A DNA stretch of 64,000 bases from Protoeuglena noctilucae (Eukaryota). The DNA lies in assembly GCA_958009085.1 (NCBI GenBank), contig OY253690.1, forward strand, positions 310,001 to 374,000, given 5' to 3'. A program made the translations under genes and the position numbers. Within the stretch, counting starts at the first letter, position 1; the number at the start of each line of letters is the position of its first letter. This document shows, one piece after another, positions 62,401 through 64,000 of the stretch. The notes below the pieces were generated by a model that was not told where the DNA came from, ran no database searches, and saw only the letters and a list, made by a program, of their open reading frames with translations.

Positions 62401-64000
62401 ACTCGTTCAACCCGGACGGGACTCTTCGGACGTCCGGCTTCGTCAGCGACCGATGCATCGATTACGTGCAGCTCACCGTGAATAGCGCGGGGGCCATCGT
62501 GTCCTTCACCACGCCGGTCTCGACGAACGTCGGGGCGGCCACGGGATACAACGCCTGGTTCCCCGAGACGATGGCGTGGAACGGCAAGACCCTCATGAGC
62601 ATCACCACGGCGTGGGGACCCAACGCGTACACGACCTCGCCCACCCGGCTCTACTTCGGCAACACGGGGCCAATCGGCTACTACAACGCCGCCTTCGTGT
62701 ACCTGAACGATGACGCCGTCGCCATGATGGCCAACCCGATCCAGCTCACGGCGTCGAGCGAGCAGCTCGAGGTGGCCGGGATGACCACCGACTCGTCCAA
62801 CAACCTCTTCGTCAGCCTGCTGTACTACGGCGGCGGGGGCTCCCGCACCATCAACAACCTCTCGAGCAACTCGTCCTCTGGGCACACCGTCACCCTCCCG
62901 GCCGCGTGGTGCAACGTCGTCCTCTGGTACAATTCGTCCGGCGTGTACGTGGGCACGCCGCTCATGATCACCACCAACGCGAACGCCATGCTCGACATCG
63001 AGTGCGACGGCTCCGGAAACATCTACGGCTATTGGGCCACGTCGGACGCGAGCGTCACCGTCGGCGGCGTCACCGCCACCAGCAAGTACACGCCGTCCGG
63101 GTGGCTGGTCAAGTTCACGCCGACGGGCACCGTGAGCAAGCTCGCCTCGTGCATCGACGCCTCCGCCCTGAGCAGCACGTGGTTGGACTACAACCGGCGG
63201 CTCATGTTCGACGCCACCAACGGCCTCATGTTCCTCTGCCTCCAATGGGGCGGGACGGCGACGGGGACGGCCCTCACCAACCTCGACGGCTCCGCGAGCT
63301 CCGTCGTGAGCCCCAACCGTCCCGGCGGGACCGGCGCGAGCATCTTCGCCCTCAACTGCTCCACCGACAAGTGGGTTTTCGCCTTCACGCCGCTCGGGGT
63401 GGCGACCGGCCACCTCACGTCCGTGTACCAGAGCTACCGCGCGGCCCACGGCAAGCTCCTCGTCAACGGCTACGTCTCGACGGACCAGACGTCCTTGCAG
63501 GTGTACAACGGAGACAAGACGTCCACCACCTCCCTCACGACGGACTCGGCCGCGTACGGCAACTCGACGTACCAGCCCCTCCTCCTCGCCTACTCGTACA
63601 ACGCCACGCCCATGTCGGCCACGCTCCCGCTCCCGTCGCCGTCGTCGGGCAACTTCCTCGAGAAGACGCTGATCATGCAGCCGGGGCTGTCGTACGTGCT
63701 GACGGAGCAGAACAACGCGGGCGACAACACCCGGACCATCCCCACGGCGGCGACGGGCCTCACGGTCGTCCAGTACTACTACGCCGGCGACGCGTGGAGC
63801 CCCGACTTCTCCACCGTCGACCTCGTCAACACCGTCGTCTACGACAGCTCCTCCACCACCACAACCGTCTCCAACACGGACGCCGCCACGCTCAACGGCC
63901 TCGCCTCGAGCCAGTTCGTGAGGTCCGACGTGGCGTCGGGCGTGTCGTGCGCCTCGTCGACCCGGGCCTTCGCCGTAAACAACCAGGCGGGCGGTTTCCA
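59496..64000 (+). CDS. Giant fibre/receptor-binding-like protein (>1500 aa, open at the window end)
   Basis: ATG 59496 (MAAWNGVYARQLVVDD...) with no stop to 64000. Contains VAVGSVTTGSSASVTNSGTPTSAVLDFVLPRG, 7x IA(E/Q)SQVTGL repeats, AVDASGNLYV/TDSSNNLFV/CDGSGNIY blades and DAATLNGLASSQFVRSD. Confidence 0.85.
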   Translation, partial: MAAWNGVYARQLVVDDAGAADGDYFKYQAATRKLVTDKGALSGRVMALETAMSTVGSSGGTVTQGPAGTVAVGSVTTGSSASVTNSGTPTSAVLDFVLPRGAPGASATIAVSSTTTYGNAATPVAVVNAGTPQAAELQFTFPDLNALVNPDESVQAYHDQLVTDLNVQINESFFGPIWDAIPGSETLPQNMTDGELISAIQAVRLANYLYGKLKGMLNARKELEAQMSALSEFFVKFDAPPGAFALFKGYQTGTCDGAFYWQRTQRFQDPVAPLRCLADNGDVLVEMTKQPSYSFSLYGPPLELASTQAGASSSYTSLSHPATLRTTGDTVTVKSAAGQLLVTDTGVVASDKLTVSGASPSLVVAGADQAPLLTASATAATSTVESLVPLTIKSTASPTLTVASEDPLVDPLLKVAATDGVNSLSLSSSAVAGYIESSNDLSVKCGGTVVMTAGPTGVSMLGSTLSTEETTMIIHSADADCVSFTPTETVFSAAPIVCQSAYYVSVDPASKLVTQAQLDEQKAKTSTTTGSDVASSAANLGGDLGTLFGSSFDSLGAAAVGAMGGAMAAVGLSIRSGTDPGTGATTYQVVQQPVSGGIAVERILMFDTNPLAPSLVYVMDATGLDWAYVKNVPAAIAGYTGTIAESQVTGLVADLAAKLDASTGVIAQSQVTGLTSALAGKLDAATGTIAESQVTGLVADLASKLDASTGTIAQSQVTGLTAALAGYTGTIAESQVTGLVADLASKLDASTGTIAQSQVTGLTAALAGKLDAATGTIAESQVTGLTSDLQGINSQLASLGASSAGVGVSKLDVETVTTNGATLSLTKSSYFAPGIVTPTGFFPGVHGFAMTYPANLAQNNGGQINASAVDASGNLYVCVYTAMGSSTTTNYIKSLNGDTSLQVAVNDANSSGAAPYVAKFDPTGTLLWAWKPLDNHSTVSSNNATCVGVEVQSNGHIQYVFSLHFGDFDSFNPDGTLRTSGFVSDRCIDYVQLTVNSAGAIVSFTTPVSTNVGAATGYNAWFPETMAWNGKTLMSITTAWGPNAYTTSPTRLYFGNTGPIGYYNAAFVYLNDDAVAMMANPIQLTASSEQLEVAGMTTDSSNNLFVSLLYYGGGGSRTINNLSSNSSSGHTVTLPAAWCNVVLWYNSSGVYVGTPLMITTNANAMLDIECDGSGNIYGYWATSDASVTVGGVTATSKYTPSGWLVKFTPTGTVSKLASCIDASALSSTWLDYNRRLMFDATNGLMFLCLQWGGTATGTALTNLDGSASSVVSPNRPGGTGASIFALNCSTDKWVFAFTPLGVATGHLTSVYQSYRAAHGKLLVNGYVSTDQTSLQVYNGDKTSTTSLTTDSAAYGNSTYQPLLLAYSYNATPMSATLPLPSPSSGNFLEKTLIMQPGLSYVLTEQNNAGDNTRTIPTAATGLTVVQYYYAGDAWSPDFSTVDLVNTVVYDSSSTTTTVSNTDAATLNGLASSQFVRSDVASGVSCASSTRAFAVNNQAGGF
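61410..61862 (+). repeat. Coding tandem repeat, 7 units (mostly 69 nt / 23 aa, one 57 nt)
   Basis: TGTIAESQVTGLVADLASKLDAS alternating with TGTIAQSQVTGLTAALAGKLDAA. Confidence 0.9.

Larger units (their letters stand above)
50190..64000. mobile_element. Endogenous Polinton-like virus (left terminus not defined; continues past the window)
   Basis: Intronless, tightly packed genes including a capsid-like protein, rve integrase, PolB-helicase fusion, penton-like protein and fibre-like protein. Confidence 0.88.

Noticed and set aside
59504..62485. 993-aa Arg/Gly-rich ORF and the antisense ORFs 59484-60920, 61001-61945 and 61881-63449
   Set aside because: Shadow frames of the real ORF starting at 59496, caused by high GC3.

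Overview
Eukaryotic, GC-rich, intron-containing DNA, most likely from a green alga (inferred from nuclear genes for plastid GapA, ClpP5 and histidinol dehydrogenase with transit-peptide-like first exons). The window has three zones. (1) 1-17.4 kb holds conserved housekeeping genes: histidinol dehydrogenase, PP2C, GapA, SRP68 and ClpP5, with unusually frequent GC-AG introns. (2) 13.6-46.3 kb is a dense cluster of signal-peptide-bearing glycan-modifying genes: 4 GT61-like, 2 FkbM, 1 Methyltransf_24-like, 2 sulfotransferase-like and 2 GT-A. It is interrupted by a MULE/SWIM transposase and an AT-rich orphan ORF, and reshaped by a ~4.4 kb direct duplication and a 2.1 kb inverted duplication around a 200-N gap. 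(3) ~50.2 kb to the end is an intronless, compact endogenous Polinton-like virus. It encodes a capsid-like protein, an rve integrase, a frameshifted ~1495-aa vOTU-like/PolB/SF1 helicase/HNH fusion, a small penton-like protein, and a >1500-aa phage-fibre-like ORF that is missing from the supplied ORF track. Family assignments come from motif recognition by eye. No database searches were run, and exon boundaries of the non-conserved genes are approximate.
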